From NCBI GenBank assembly GCA_002104945.1, contig MCFH01000046.1, positions 384,833 through 448,832 of the forward strand: a stretch of 64,000 nt of DNA, in the 5' to 3' direction. The stretch is from Piromyces finnis finn. Lineage: Eukaryota > Fungi > Neocallimastigomycota. Shown piece by piece: positions 14,020 through 29,500 of this stretch; within the stretch, counting starts at the first letter, position 1; each line of letters starts with the position of its first letter. The notes beneath the pieces were generated by a model that was not told the origin of the DNA, searched no databases, and saw only the letters and a list, made by a program, of their open reading frames with translations. A program made the translations under genes and the position numbers.

Positions 14020-16424
14020 ATTTTAAAAAAAAATAAAAATTAAAAACATAATAAAATGTAAAAAAAATGTAATTTATTAATGTTAAATATAAATAAAAGA
14101 AAGAGAAAAAATTGTAAAATCATGAGAAATTAAAGCATATTGTAAACAAACATTTATATAAAATATTTATAATAAACTGTTTTTATACTTTTTTATAATT
14201 ATTGAATCTTTCTGAAAGATAATTTTTAGTAATAACAAAATTACTTATAAATTCTTTATCAGTAACAAATTATAACAAATAGCTTCAATATTTATTGTTT
14301 ATTAATTAATTAAAATAATAAAAATAGCATAGTATGATTTATTATTTATTATACATTGATTTACTATATAAATAATTTTATTATAAAAAAAAAACAATAA
14401 ATCATGAACTATTAAAAATAATTAAATTTATTTTTATCCGAAAAAGTATTAAAATAAATGAATGTTCACTCTTTTTTTTAATATTAAAAATATATATAAA
14501 AATTAAATTTTATATTAAAAAATAATTTAATGTAATGTAGTTTCATAAAAATCCACAAAATTTTAAAAGTGATTTAAAAAGGAAAGTTTATTTTATAATA
14601 AACTTTAATTATTATAAAATATTAATGTTTAAGTTTTTTTTTTTGTTTCACCATACTATTAGTAATACTGATTAGTAATTCTTTTATTTTCAATTTTATT
14701 AGTAATATTTAATATATATAACATCTTTCAACTAAAAAAAATTATAAAATTATGTTATAATAGTATATTCATTATTTTATAAAGTTATGAATATTAGATA
14801 GAATAGTATAATTAATAATTAGAAATGACATTTTTTTTTAAATAAGATAGTATAATTAATAAGTTTAAAATTTTTTCTTTTTATAATAAGAATATAGGAA
14901 TATATATATTTTTGAAATAATAAACACTATTTTTTCCTGTTTTTTTTTTTTATGTATGAAGGTTAATTAAATGTTTTTTTAAATTCCAACCTATTATTAT
15001 AGCATTAACCTATCAAATTGTATTATGCTATTATTTAATAAATAGTATAAAGAAAATTTTAATTTTTAGCTTGGTTCTTTTATTATTTTAATTATTTAAT
15101 CTTTATTGTGAAAACGAGAGTTTTGCTTTTTTTTTTTGTTAGAATATGTGAAACGTTATGTCACATGTATTCAAATGTATTGAAATGTATTAAAACGTAT
15201 TTATATATATATTGTATTTGATTATATATTTAAGCCACAATGTAAATGTATAAATACATGTAGTTTGAGAAGAATGTAACGTAAGTAGTTCTTTATCATA
15301 AAATATATTAATAAAGTTGACATAATTATAAATCTAAATTAAACAACTCTTAATATTTTTTATTGCGTAAAATAACAAAACTCAATAAATATAATATTAA
15401 TTTATTTTTAATTATATTAAAAATTTTGGGATTTATATTAATTTTTTTTAAAAAAATAAACCAATAAAATTGATGAGTAAATAAATATTAATAAGGATAA
15501 ACTTTAAAATTAAATTACACAAAAAAAAATTTTAGAAATATCTTAACAATGAATAAAAAAAATAAATAATAAAATTAATCACCGCAATACATAATAATAT
15601 ATTGTAATATATTGTATTATTACAATAATTAACAATATACATTTTAATCTATCGTTGGTGAATAATATATTGCATTAATTAAGATAATATAATGATATAT
15701 AATGATATAATGGTAGAATCAATAAAATAAGCTTAATCCTAATAAACTTTTATCACAAAAATTATGCTAATATTTTAATTTCGCTTGTGATATTGTATGA
15801 ATGCAAGGGTATATATTGAATGAAACTATAATTATATTTAAATCCTCATCCTTTTTTTTTATATAAGAATTAAATGAAACTGATACTCATAATTATTTGT
15901 TAATATTTTTTTTCAGTATTATAAATTTAAAACTATTAGTCTAAGTAGTTATAAAAATATATTGCATTATTTCATATAATATTTAATATTTAACAATTAA
16001 CAATTATTAGATATAGAAAAAAACATAATACCTCTTTGTTTCTAAATTGTAAAACAACCTAATTAAATATATTTTTTTTAAATTTTAATATTCATAGTTT
16101 TTAAAATATATTAATATTAATTTGTTTCGTCCTATATTAAATTGTGTAACTTTAAATAGTTTTTTTTAATTAATTTACGAGAATCAATAAAATTTTATAT
16201 TATATTTTTAAATAAAGAGTGTCTCATAAAATAGAATAAAAAAGTCTAATGATATATAAATTTACATAATAATAAAAGTTTCAATTATATATAAAAATAC
16301 TAATATTTTCTCAATTTTTTTTTTTTTTAAAATTTTAACATTTTAATTTTTATTATTTTTTTTTTTTGAATAAAAATATTAAAAAAAAAAGTGCTTAAAA
16401 TATTTACAAAATAAATATATCATC

Positions 16425-17096
16425 ATGCGTTTCTTATTTAGTATTCAATTATTAATTACATTATTTGGTTTTATCCAAGTCCATAGTTTAGGATATCATT
16501 GTAAAAAATATATTGTAATAAAACATGGTGATAGATGTAAACACATGACTTCTGGATTTTCATTTGATAAAGATTACTATATTACTAGAGATTCTTTATT
16601 AAGAATAAATCCAAGTAAGTTTTTTTTTTTTTTTTTTAATTTTATAAAGGAAAAAAGTAGTTAGTTTTAAGAAAGATAAAATAAGTAATAATGAATCCTA
16701 TAATTATTATATTTATTATAGGTATGGATTGTGATAATTTAAGAAGTGGTAATAGAGTATGCGTTGAGGCTTCAGAAGATTATGATGAAATTGATAATGA
16801 TTTTGAGGAAACAACAGTAATTGAAAATTCTTGTGCTAAACTTGCTAAAAGATTAAACACTACAATTTCTATAATTGAAAATACCAATAATGGTATGTAT
16901 AGTATTGTATAAATTATTTATTTTCCAATTGAAGAATGAATATTAAATTCATTGTTTGTATATAATATTTATAAATATAGTAAAAATAAATTGTAAAAAA
17001 TTAAGCGAATACTCTAATATGTTAGTTTATTATCGTAAAGATGGAAATTACGACGTAATTTATGATAAAAAGTCTAAAAAGGTCAACATTTTATAA
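16425..17096 (+). CDS. Secreted LysM-domain protein, paralogue of the 13206 gene, 3 exons
   Basis: Signal MRFLFSIQLLITLFGFIQVHS; YHCKKYIVIKHGDRC...SLLRINP|SMDCDNLRSGNRVCV; second module NSCAKLAKRLNTTISIIENTNN|VKINCKKL; ends YYRKDGNYDVIYDKKSKKVNIL* (TAA 17094-17096). Intron positions and phases match the first copy. Confidence 0.82.
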
Positions 17097-18506
17097 GAAA
17101 CAGGAAATATTAATTAAAAAGAATTGGAATCACAATTTAACATAGGAATATATTTTTATTTTTTTTATTTTATAATTTTGCTTTATCATAATATTATATC
17201 ATTTTAATTGTAATTGTAGATATATATCATTAGTTAAAATTTTCTACTTATAATTAAAAAAATATTATTGATGGCATAGCAAATTGTTATAAGTGAAAAC
17301 CACTATATAGAAAAAATATATATAATATATACAGATAAAAAATATTATTAGTGGTATAACAAATTGTTATAAATAAGCAAATTTTACATTATGGAAAAAA
17401 AATTAAGATAATTATATTATTTTCAATGTATATATAGCTATTTCAATCATTTTTTCATAACATTTTTTATTCCATTTCTCATTCTTTCCATATAAACCTA
17501 ACATTTTAGATTTAAGTTTTTTTAGTTTTTTTTTTTTCCTTTCTATTTTTATTAATTTAAGAAAATGTTATGGGTAACTAAATTAAAAAATAAAATATAA
17601 AAACTTTTAAAAGCTATAAGTTTTTGTTGATATAATGAGATTAAATTCTTTTTTAATTTTATTTGATATCTATTATTTAAGATCTTTATAATAATTTTCA
17701 TATTTATAAAATAGTAAGTAATAATATTATTTTTTAAAAAAGAGAATATTTTAATAAAAATTCTATCTACAAATAAAAAGATTTTATAGTATATAAAAAT
17801 ATAAAAAACAATGTAAAGTATAATTTCTAGCATTGAAATAATGTAAATAAAAAAAAAAAAGTAGGATATCATTCTATATAATAGAAATAAGGTATAATTT
17901 TTCTTAAAAAATATTAAATATTATGAATACTCAACAACTACCTTTTGTTCATTTAATATTATACAAAATGATTTATTTTAATTTTTAAAAATTACCTATT
18001 TTTAATATTTATTAAAATTACAAAAATTACCTTGGTAATACAAAAATACAATGTACCTCAATACGAAATACTATAAATTGTATTTATACCAATAAATAGT
18101 AATATTTATATTTATAAAATATAAAAAAAAATATTTTAAATAATTTTAATCAATATTTTATTCATTATCTAATCTTTTTATTTTAATATTTTATAATCAT
18201 ACATTTTAATTGGAGGAGTATTAAATCTTTTAGTATTAAAAAAGGAAAAAAAATTTTACTTTAAAAATGGTTCAAGTAAAGCCCTAAAATTTATTAATTA
18301 AAAAAAGTGTTATATAATGTACATTAATGTATTACAATAGTTAATAAATTCTGTAATTAATAAACTTGGCATAAATAATAAAAAAAAGGAATTTAAAATT
18401 ATTAATTTATCATATATATTAATAATTTCATATTAAATTTACTAGCTATATTTTGGGGTAGACTAATTTCAATTTAATATGAAAAAGTGAACCACACTAA
18501 ATGTCT

Positions 18507-18737
<231 letters not shown>

Positions 18738-19592
18738 TTTTCTATTATATGTGAAAAATTGATTATAATTCTTAATTATACTATATTATATAATAACACT
18801 TGTTTTTATTATTGATAAATAAATATAAATAAATACATATTCTCTATTTCTATATTGTATTATGTTTAAAAATTACCCATATTATTAAAGTCTTTTTTAT
18901 ATTTCAATAATAAAAATAAAATTAAAATTTTATTGAAAAAAAAAAATAATTTGATATTTTTATTAAATACAATATATTCTAATTAATTATGTAATATATT
19001 ATATTAATTAAAAATATATTGTTTTATATATTGCATAGAGTAATATTTTATAAATCAAAAAAAAAGAGTAAAATCTTTTTTTTAATTAGAAATATTACCA
19101 GAAATATATATTTTTAAATAATAAATCAAAAGTTTGAAAGAGTTAAAAAAGAAAATACTTTCATTAAACTTTAAAAAAGTAGGAAAAAGAAAGAAAAAAC
19201 ATATTACGATTTAGAAATATTTAAAAATAAATGAGAAATAAATCTTATTAATAATTATTAATACTATAATTTTCTTTATATATAAAAAATTAATATCTTA
19301 AGGGTTCAATTTGTACAATTTGAACTGGTATAATCATTAAATTTTCATTTTAAATAATAATAATATTATTATTACTTTTTTTCTTTTTTTTTTTTTCAAA
19401 AAAAAAAAAAAAAAAAACAACTTTATTACGTTATATAAATTTATAATATATTTTAATTATAATTATCGAATAAATAGATATACATAACTTCATATTTCAC
19501 ACATATAATATAGAAAAATATTTAAATAAGTAATATTTAAATTTCCATAATATACTATATAATTTAAATATATATATATATAGAAAATAAAT

Positions 19593-21987
19593 ATGTTAAA
19601 TTCACACCGTCAATGCTCAAATCAAAAACTTAGTAATATTTTAATTTCAAATTTAATAAAAAATAACGTAGCTAATCCGCAAAAAATGGAAAATTATCTT
19701 GATTTTAGTCAATCTCAAAGTAATTTCATGTCAACTATAAATAAACAAGATACACTTAAATTACAACCTATAAACATATCTTCTTCCTCAAATACGCAAG
19801 AAAGTTTCGTTCCAAACAACTTAATTTATGAAAATCATATTCAAAATGGTTTAGGTCAAGAAACTACTTTGAATAATCTCATTCAAAAAAATCTTTATTC
19901 AGAAAGAGTATATGCTAAACAAGAAACCAATAAAAAATCTATTGAAAATGAAATTAAAAATGATGCTGAAATGAAAAAAGATAAAGAAAAACAAAATAAA
20001 CCATCAAAAAATTTAAAAACTATCATTCCACTCTTTAAACCAATATTTAATGAATCTGCTGTATTTAGTGTTGATGCTTCAAAAATAGAAATTATTAATA
20101 AACCAACTGATTATTATAATAAAATAAAGGTATTTTTTTTTATAAAAAAAAAAAAATTAAAGAATTCAAAAATAGCATAATAATTATTAATGAAAAAAAA
20201 AGATATTTAATTGTTAAATGTAGATTATTGTCATTTTATAATACTAACATTATATTATTTTTATTAATAAATGATATAAATTAAGGAACAAATATTACAA
20301 GCCAAACATAGAGTTGTATTAACAGCATTATATATTGGTATTGACCAAGTTGATTTGGTAAGTACTAAACACTAAATATATATATTTTATCATTATCCTA
20401 TAAATATATTGTGTACTTGTATTATTTACATATATTATTCATTCTAATTTCTAAATTTAAAAATTAACAATAACTGTCTATCTTAATTTCTAAATCAAAA
20501 AATTAATAATAACATAACGATAATTAAAGATTCAAACTTTACATAAAGCTTTAGCTGAATGTAAAACTTTAAGAGTTACTATTCTTTTTGATTGCTTAAG
20601 AGGTACTCGTACTTCAAATTCTGGTGAATCTTCAGTAACATTGGTTGCCCCATTAGTTACTGCTTACCCAGATAGAGTTGAAATAGCATTATATCATACA
20701 CCAGAACTTACAAGACCATTAAAAATGTTGTTACCTCAAAGAGTTAATGAAATTATTGGTTTATTCCATGCAAAAATTGTTATTTCTGATGATAACTTAA
20801 TCCTTGCTGGGTAATAATTTAATATATTTTAATAATACATTTTTCAAAAAATATATGCTTTTTTTCCATTTATTATTAAATTAGTAATAAATGATATTAA
20901 TAATATATATTTTAAAATACACTATTTTTAATAAATATTAAAGTGCTAACCTAAGTACTGAATACTTTGAACAACGTCAAGATCGTTATGTATTTTTTGG
21001 AAATGCAACATCGTTATCAGATTATTTCTATGATTTAGCTATTACTTTAACAAAAATTTCATACCAATTAGCACCACAACATACTTTAATTCCATCTGGT
21101 CCTGATCCCACCACCAATCCAGTCCAATTCCGTCAAACAGCTTTCCATGCTTTAGATTCATTTTTATCTAATTGGTATGCCAGAACTCAAGCTTTACGTG
21201 ATCAATTAAACGAATTTGCTGATATGAATTTAAAAGAGCAATCAAAGTCAGATGATACTGAATCTACATTAACTAATCAAAGTGATGTTGAATATGACAA
21301 TGATTGTGATATGTATTCTGCAGTAAGTGATATGAGTGAAGAAACCACTACTATTGAAACTAAAGAACCTGAGAATACTAATAAATTACCAAAACTATCT
21401 AAAGATACAGATACAATTGTTATTCCAATGCTTCAAATGAAGCAACTTAATATTCGAGAAAACGAACGTTTAATGGAAGTTATTATGAATATAATAGATA
21501 GTAATTCAGATTATTGGAAAAATCTATTTATAACATCAGGTTATTTGAACTTTACTAATGAATTCAAAAAAGTACTAAATGAAATTAATACAGAAGTTGA
21601 TATTGTATGTGCAGCACCACAAGCTAATAGTTTCTATAAAGGATCAGGTTTATCAGCAAATATCCCAGCTTTTTATACTTATTTTGAAAAACAAGTTCAT
21701 GATGGCTCTGCTAAAAAAGATTTAGAATTAAGAATTCACGAATATGTCAGACCAGGATGGACATATCATGCAAAAGGTTTATGGGCTAGTTATAAAGATC
21801 CAGAAACTGGTGAATTATTACCAAATGTTACAATTTTAGGATCTACTAATTTTGGTCGTCGTTCAATGAATCGTGATGTGGAAGCTCAGGTTTTAATGAT
21901 TACCGATAACAAAAAATTACAAAAAGATATGGCAAATGTAAGTTTTAAATTATAATTATTTTTAATTTTGAGATTAAAGAGTATAAC

Positions 21988-22019
<32 letters not shown>

Positions 22020-22156
22020 TATTTTATGTTTTATAGGAAATTAAAAACTTATTAAATTACACAGTTCTTGTAGATAATGAAACATTTAATAAGGAAGAAA
22101 GATATGTACCATTAAAAGTGAAATTAAGTACTTATCTTTTCCAAAACATGTTTTAG
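19593..22156 (+). CDS. PGS1: CDP-diacylglycerol--glycerol-3-phosphate 3-phosphatidyltransferase (PGP synthase, PLD superfamily), multi-exon
   Basis: IEIINKPTDYY, AKHRVVLTALYIG, LRVTILFDCLRGTR, LYHTPEL, NEIIGLFHAKIVISDDNLILAGANLSTEYFEQRQDRY (HxKx4D), WTYHAKGLW, TILGSTNFGRRSMNRDVEAQV. Stop TAG at 22154-22156. Confidence 0.93.
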
Positions 22157-23400
22157 ATAAAATTTAAAGGAAAAAATATACATACTTTTAAAAAAAAAAA
22201 AACTAACGAATAAGAATACTATTTTTATTTTATTTTTAATTTTTTTTTTATATATATTATTATCATTATTATTAACAAACTACAACTAATACAAAGAAAA
22301 GAAAAAAAAGTAAAATGAAAAAGAAAGAAATTGAATATATTCAGAAACATTTATTCATTAAACACAAAAATAATGAAAAAAAAAAAAGTAACCATAAATA
22401 ATTAATTTTTTTAAAAAGTTTGATTTGTCTTAAAAAATTATAAAGGCAAAAAAAAAAAAAAAAATTTTTTTATCATTAGAAAATAAAAGAGTATATATAG
22501 TTATATTTATTAATATAAAAAAAAGAAAACTTTTCATTTTTCTTTAATTTTATTTATTTATATTATTATTAAAAATTAGTTTGTATTAAACAAAAATATT
22601 AAAAGCGTTTTCATTAATTATATTATTCTAATAAAAAAAAAAAAAAAAAAAAAAAAAAAACAATAAAAAAAGATAAAGATAAAAAATTATATTATTTTTA
22701 TATCGATTTTTATGATATTATCTATACCACAAACACTATAGATATAAAAATAGTTGTGTAATAAGTTTATTATTTTAATTTATATACTTTTCATATAATT
22801 AAGGAATAAAAATACTGTATAATTATAGAATTAATGAATAGTAAATAAAATATAAGATTATTTTATTATATTTTAATAAAATATTTATAGATATCATAGT
22901 ATATAAATTTTAATCATAAGCTTTCATTAAACAATAAAATTTGGCAATGAAAAATGCTTTTTTTTTTATATATATATATTTTATTTATTTTATTTTATTT
23001 TTTTATTTTTTTTTTTTTTTTTTAATTTTAATTTTATTTTAATATTAATTAATATATTTCTATAAGAGGTTAATGATGATATTTTTGATATTTATAAATT
23101 ATATATTTCATTATTTTTTTTTTAAATAATATTACTATTTGATTCTTTTTATATATTATAGATTAATTTTTCATTATTAAAAATATTCTATTCTATTTTA
23201 ACAGTAGAGTTTTAGATATTCCTAATAATATGCAGTGTATTTAATTATATATCTATATATTCTTATTTCATTTAGTTTTACTATCAAAATAAATAACGAA
23301 ATAAAATAATAAGAATTTTTATTTTATTATTATTATTATTATTTTTTTTTTTTTTTTTTTTTTTTTTTGAAATTAAAGGATTATTATTTATTTCTTTGTT

Positions 23401-26400
23401 TTATTTTAAACCATCTTCATCAGCCATAGACCACCACTTAAGCCATTGTTTAGATTTCATTTGATCAGATGGACCAGTGAAACCATAACAGAATGGAACA
23501 AAGTAGAAGAAGAAAAGAATATTGGCAGTTAAATAAATTAAAACAATAATATTACTGACAATGTTTGAGAATTTGAAATAACTACCGAGATGTTCTAATG
23601 TAAAAGCAATAATAAAGATACCAAAGTAAACAGCTGGGAAGTAATGATGTAAATAAAGTACACGACCCATTAGGAACGATGGGAAATAATGTAAAGCCCA
23701 TCCACCAATAGTAATAAGAGCAACATAACAATAGTTATTCCATTCTTCTTCCTTCCATCCTAAAACATGACATTTACGTAATAAAATATAGAGTCCTGAA
23801 AGAAGTCCAACGAAAATAATACAAGCGAAAATAGTCCACCAGGTTAATGGATTTCCCATTAAATAGAATTTAACATCTTCATCTCCCCATCCACAAATAC
23901 GAATACCAACTAAAGCAAGAGGCCATTGCCAAGCTTCAGAGGTAATATGATCTGGTTCTTTATCTTCATCGAGAGTTAATGAATTGTTAGTAGACCACAT
24001 TGATACATTAAGATCAATGAAATTGTTGAGGAAAGAAGCTCTGAAAGTTTTAACTGGAGCTGGTGGTAATAAATTATTCCAGTGGCTTTCGACATTCCAA
24101 ATGTTCTTTGAAGCTTTGTTATTACCATGTACATCACAAACAACTTCGGCTTGCTTAAATCCCCATTCTGGGTAAGAATTACCAGAAGATTGAAGTAAAC
24201 AACCAGTTTGAACATGTCTAAGACGGAAAGAAGTGAATAATGAGTGAATTTGCTTACTTTTGGAATCATATTGATCCTTAACAATTTCAATCTTCCAAAG
24301 ATCATTAGCATCACCAATAGTTGAATTACCATAACCTGAAACTTCATAATATTTCTTTGATACTGGAGCCTTTATGTTGTGAGTGTGAAGGTTTCTCTTA
24401 GTTTCAGCGTGAACTACAGTAATATATTAAATATATTATTAATATAGATATAAAGAAATATTAATATTTTTAAATACTATTTTTTACCTAATCTAATAAT
24501 ATCACCATCCTTAACATATTCAACAACATTTTCTGGAACTTGGTTTTCAGTCCATGGTTTTTTAATGTACCATTCATTATTGGCATCCTTGTAGTGATAT
24601 AAAGTAACTTGTTGTTGTTCAGAACCAGATGGATAACGTTGAACATGTGAATGTAATAAACCACCACCATATGAAGTATTTTTAATAGTAACCTTGGAAT
24701 TATAAGCAATAGCTATTATAATGATTATTATATTATAATATTTAATTATTAATAAGCATTAAATGAATAGTTTTTTAAAAAATATATATTTTTATATATA
24801 CTTACTAAGTGGATTTTTGGAGAAATCAATTCCTTCAAGACCAGCTTGGAATAAGGAACTCATTGAAGAATCACCAGGACCAGATTTGCTTAAAACAGTA
24901 AAGTGGATGTAGAAATTGAAAGCGTAAATGGATATTGGTAAAATGATCAATAAGATAATTCTAGCAATCCAATGAAGTAAGTAGGATTTCTTTAAAAAAT
25001 ATTTCAAAAAAAAATTTAAATAATTATTAAAACTTCATTTATATAAATATATTATTAAATAGATTATTTTTAGAATTTAATACTTACGAAGGAAACATCC
25101 TTTCTACCTAAGTAGTCCCATAATTCCCATAAAGTATACTATTTTCATTTAATATTTTATTATTTATAAGTTTTAAATGTTAATGGTGAATAATTATATA
25201 GCTTATTATATATTAATAATACTTACTAATCCAACAAGAGCAATTGAAAACAAACCAACTAATTTAACACTATTATATGGAGTTTAATTATTATATATTA
25301 TTATATTAGTTATATTATTTATTAAATAGATTATACTTTATTACATATAATATTATAAATATTAGTAATTACCTAGTAACTAAACCAAGAGATGCACCAG
25401 TTGCTGCTAAAGATAACCACCAATTTAATGAGAATGGTCTATTATTATTTTTACATTCATTTATTAGAGAATATAAGTATAAAAATTTTTATGTTACTAC
25501 ATTTTTGTTATTATTATTAATTATTCATAAGTAATATTTACTCTTTTCTAGCATTCTTGAATCTAGTTAAACTATAGAAAGTTAAAGCGATGAAAAAGAG
25601 AAGAATTGGATCTAATAAGACGAACTTGGAAATGGTAAGGAAAGCATTTTCTAGATTATTTAATAAACATAATAGATTAATATTATCCCACTATATATTA
25701 AATTTATTTAAATTGGATTTTTTCAATAACCCAAATCATTATAAAAGTAATAAATTTTTACCACAAACAACCATAAGTGCTACGGCTATACAAGTAATTT
25801 GATTAAAACGTAATTCTCTAGCAGTTAAGTATGCTAATGGAACCATCAATGCACCGAAAGTAGCACAGAAAACTCTCATGAATACATAGTTAAGATTATC
25901 TGGGAAAACTTTACCTGAATCCCAGTCAAATTGACCATCATATCCACAGAGCCAACCTGCTAAACCAATTAACATTTTACCAAGAGGTGGGTGGACATCA
26001 AAGTAAAAAGTACGTTTAATATATTCAGAACCGAATGAACTGTATTTATTTTATAAATAATATTATTAGTTGTTAATTTTCTAACTTTAATATTATATAT
26101 TTTTTTTTTATTTTATTTTTTTTTAAAAAAAATTACCCAAAATGAGCTTCATCCCAGCTTTTTATTATTGTTTTAAATAATTTTAAAATATTAATGAGTA
26201 TTTTAATAATTAATAATTAAAATTATTATTATTTAATTATGTATTCTAAATATATAGTACTTACATAACTACATTTGCTTTTGAAATTTTGTAGTATCTA
26301 GAAAATAAACTTATAACGGTTAAAACGGCAACAATTACAATTTGTTTTACAATTTCTGCTTTAGCCTTTTGTAATGAGATATTAATAAATAATATAAATA

Positions 26401-26580
26401 ACATTAAATATTTAATATTCTTCTTTTTTATTTTTTCTTTACCTTTGTTGATGCAGCCTTAGCTTCCTTGATATTTTTATCATCATCATCTGGCATTAAA
26501 GGTTGAAGTTCTTCAATAACTTCCTCCTTTTGTGGAATATTTATTCTTTTTCTAAGTTCTCGATCTTCCATTATTTCCAT
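23401..26580 (-). CDS. PMT2: Dolichyl-phosphate-mannose:protein O-mannosyltransferase, PMT2 subfamily, multi-exon
   Basis: [57 protein letters not shown]-domain [55 protein letters not shown]; closest in pattern to yeast Pmt2. Confidence 0.93.
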
Positions 26581-29500
26581 AGTGACTTTTATTTATAGGT
26601 TTTTAAAAACTAAGATAATTAATTATTCACCTATGGTTTACATTGATATAAAAATAAATATTAATTATTTATATTTTTGCATTATATTTATTGCTATTTT
26701 ACTACTATAATATAATTTGTTTATTATAGAAAAATGATATTAACTTTAGTTTTATTTATTTATATTTTATATTTTATCTTATTTAAAATATACTTTATAA
26801 TTTAGTTAATATGTTGAAATAAAATAAAATAAAAATAAATTAATTTATAAAAGATGTATAACAGATTTATATTTTTATTTTTATTTTTTTTATTTTTTTG
26901 GTGTTTAACTTTATTTATATTTATATATATATATATATTTTTTTTTATCTTCATGTTATATTTAAGAATAAAAATAACCAATATAAATAATATTTAAAAA
27001 TTTTTATTATTATTATTTTAATTAAGTATTATAATATATAGTTAATATATTATCAATAATACTTATTTTTATATTAATCATATAGAAATCAATTATATAT
27101 ATATTTACTATTAATTTAGATTTATCTATTACAACCTTAAAATTATGTACATAATATTTACTAATAAGTTAACTTTTCTTGAAAAATGAAACGCTAATAC
27201 ATTTTTATCTTTGTTTTTGTTCTTATATTTCTTTATAATTATTTATAATTAATAATTTAATTACTTTAATTTTGGATTCAATCTTCTTTTCATATTAATA
27301 TTTTCTTTTTTTTTAAAAAAAATAATTTTGATTGTATTGTATTGCAATTATACTTAATTTTTTATTTTAAATCTTAAATTATTTATTAAAATTTTAGCAG
27401 TTTAAATTTTTGTTTCTACTTTTAATTTAGCACATTGAATAATTCTTTTATTATTTTTTTGCCATTATTCGTAGTATTTTTTATAAATGAAATATACCAA
27501 GAAATAATAGTATATAAATATTTTTTACCTTTTAAATTAATTTTTTTTTTTTAATATTTATTGTTTAAATTATTTCTTTTTAGATTATTGATTAATTACT
27601 TAAATAAGAAATAATATACATTTATATAAAATTTTTATTTCTTATTTATTTTATGTTTGTTTCTTTTTTTTAATTATTTACTTATTTAATAATAAATGTA
27701 CTTTTTTAATTTTTTTTTTTTTTTAACTCTATCATAAAAAATTACAATTATTATTAAATTTTACTTTTCCTAAAATTATATCTTTTTTTTTGTTTAAAAA
27801 AAATCTAAAGTATAGGAATATATTTTATTTAAATAATAAAACGTATATTAATGAATAGATTTCATTTTAAATAAATTGATTTTTCATTTATATATGTCAT
27901 AACTTTAATTTATATTAAATCCTTTATATTTTGAAGATCATAATATCAAGAGAATTGAAAAAAAAAACAATCAAAATTTATATTAATATATTGTTACATA
28001 TAATACTAATATATATGACTTTTGTCTATAGAATATTAAATACATATTTAAGACATAATAAATATATAAATTTATTGTATACATAAATTACATACATTAT
28101 ATAGATAAATGTTAGTGGGATTTTAAATCCTAATAATATTATGGTCATTTAACAAATTTGAAAAAATAGTTATCTTATATAATCTAACATATATACTAAT
28201 TAAAAAGATAAAATTAAAATAAAATTTAAAGATATTTAAGAACCTCAATTAAAAATTCTTTTTCTTAGTATAGTATAAATAATTTTCACTATTATAAAAA
28301 TTTTATGAAATATTATAGATAATAAAATATAATTAGAATTTTATATATTAAAATCTTTATGTAACATTTTCATGTTTCATTTATATTTATATTATGAGAT
28401 TATTTATGAAATTAGAATTTATACATTTAAATTATATAATATTAAATAATTTTTCTTATTTCTATTGTTTTTCAGGGTTTATAAATGTTTTTTACTATTT
28501 AATAGAATTATTTTTCTATATTACAAAAAAAATTGTATTACAAACCTAAGCTATACAAAAAAGATAAAAATGCTAATGAAATATATTAGCAAAAACTTTA
28601 TTTATAATAAATTTAATGCATTTCTGAAGTAAATGTGATATTTTGAACTTTAAATATTATAATATAAATTAAAAAAATTATTCATAAATTTAATAAGATT
28701 TGGATTTAATTACGATGTTTCATATAACATCACTTTTTATATTAAATTAATATTAATAATAAATTGACTTATTATTTATATTAACCAAAAAAGAATTAAA
28801 TTTATATTAATATTGTTCATTATTTAACAATTTTATATGTATTTATAATAATAAAATATTGTATTTTCATTATTAAATCTTTTGTTGTTGTTGATTCTAC
28901 AACATGTAAGCATTTACACTAAAAAACTTATAAATAAAAGTATAATTTGAATATAATATTTAATGTTAGGTATCATTTTTGTTATATTATAATATTTATA
29001 TAATAATTATTAAAAAATTCAATTATGGTATGTATAATATCTATTATAAAAATATCAAAATGTTTGTATCATTAAATTAATATACATGTATGTTTTTTTA
29101 ATATATAAAAGTAAAATATTGTATGTACAAACAAAATTTCAAGAAAAATGCACCGAGTAGTAATGTTTTCTTGTTTTCTTTGTTAGTTAATATATAAAAT
29201 AATAGATTAAAAAAAAAAGCTAAACTAGTATCAAGATAAATATTTTACTGAATGACGAAACGAACATTTTGATATTTTTATTTTTAAAAATAAATTTTAT
29301 TATCAATAAACCTTAAATATTATAAAATATCATTATTTTTATTGTAAATCCTTTGTAATTTTTCTTTGTTGAAAAGTAATAATATTAAATTTTAGTTATT
29401 ATATATATTAAAAAATAGATTAAAATTTTATATCATTATATATTAAAATCTTTTATAAGATAATAATAATAATGAAAAGAATGAAAAATTGATTTTTAAT

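Noticed and set aside
17279-17375. Imperfect inverted repeats (TTGTTAT..ACCACTA / TAGTGGT.ATAACAA) suggesting a MITE relic
   Set aside because: The arms are short and gapped, with no TSD and no second copy in the window.
29247-29263. CTGAATGACGAAAC resembling a hammerhead ribozyme core
   Set aside because: It does not match CUGANGA, has no stem II before GAAA, and has no flanking helices.
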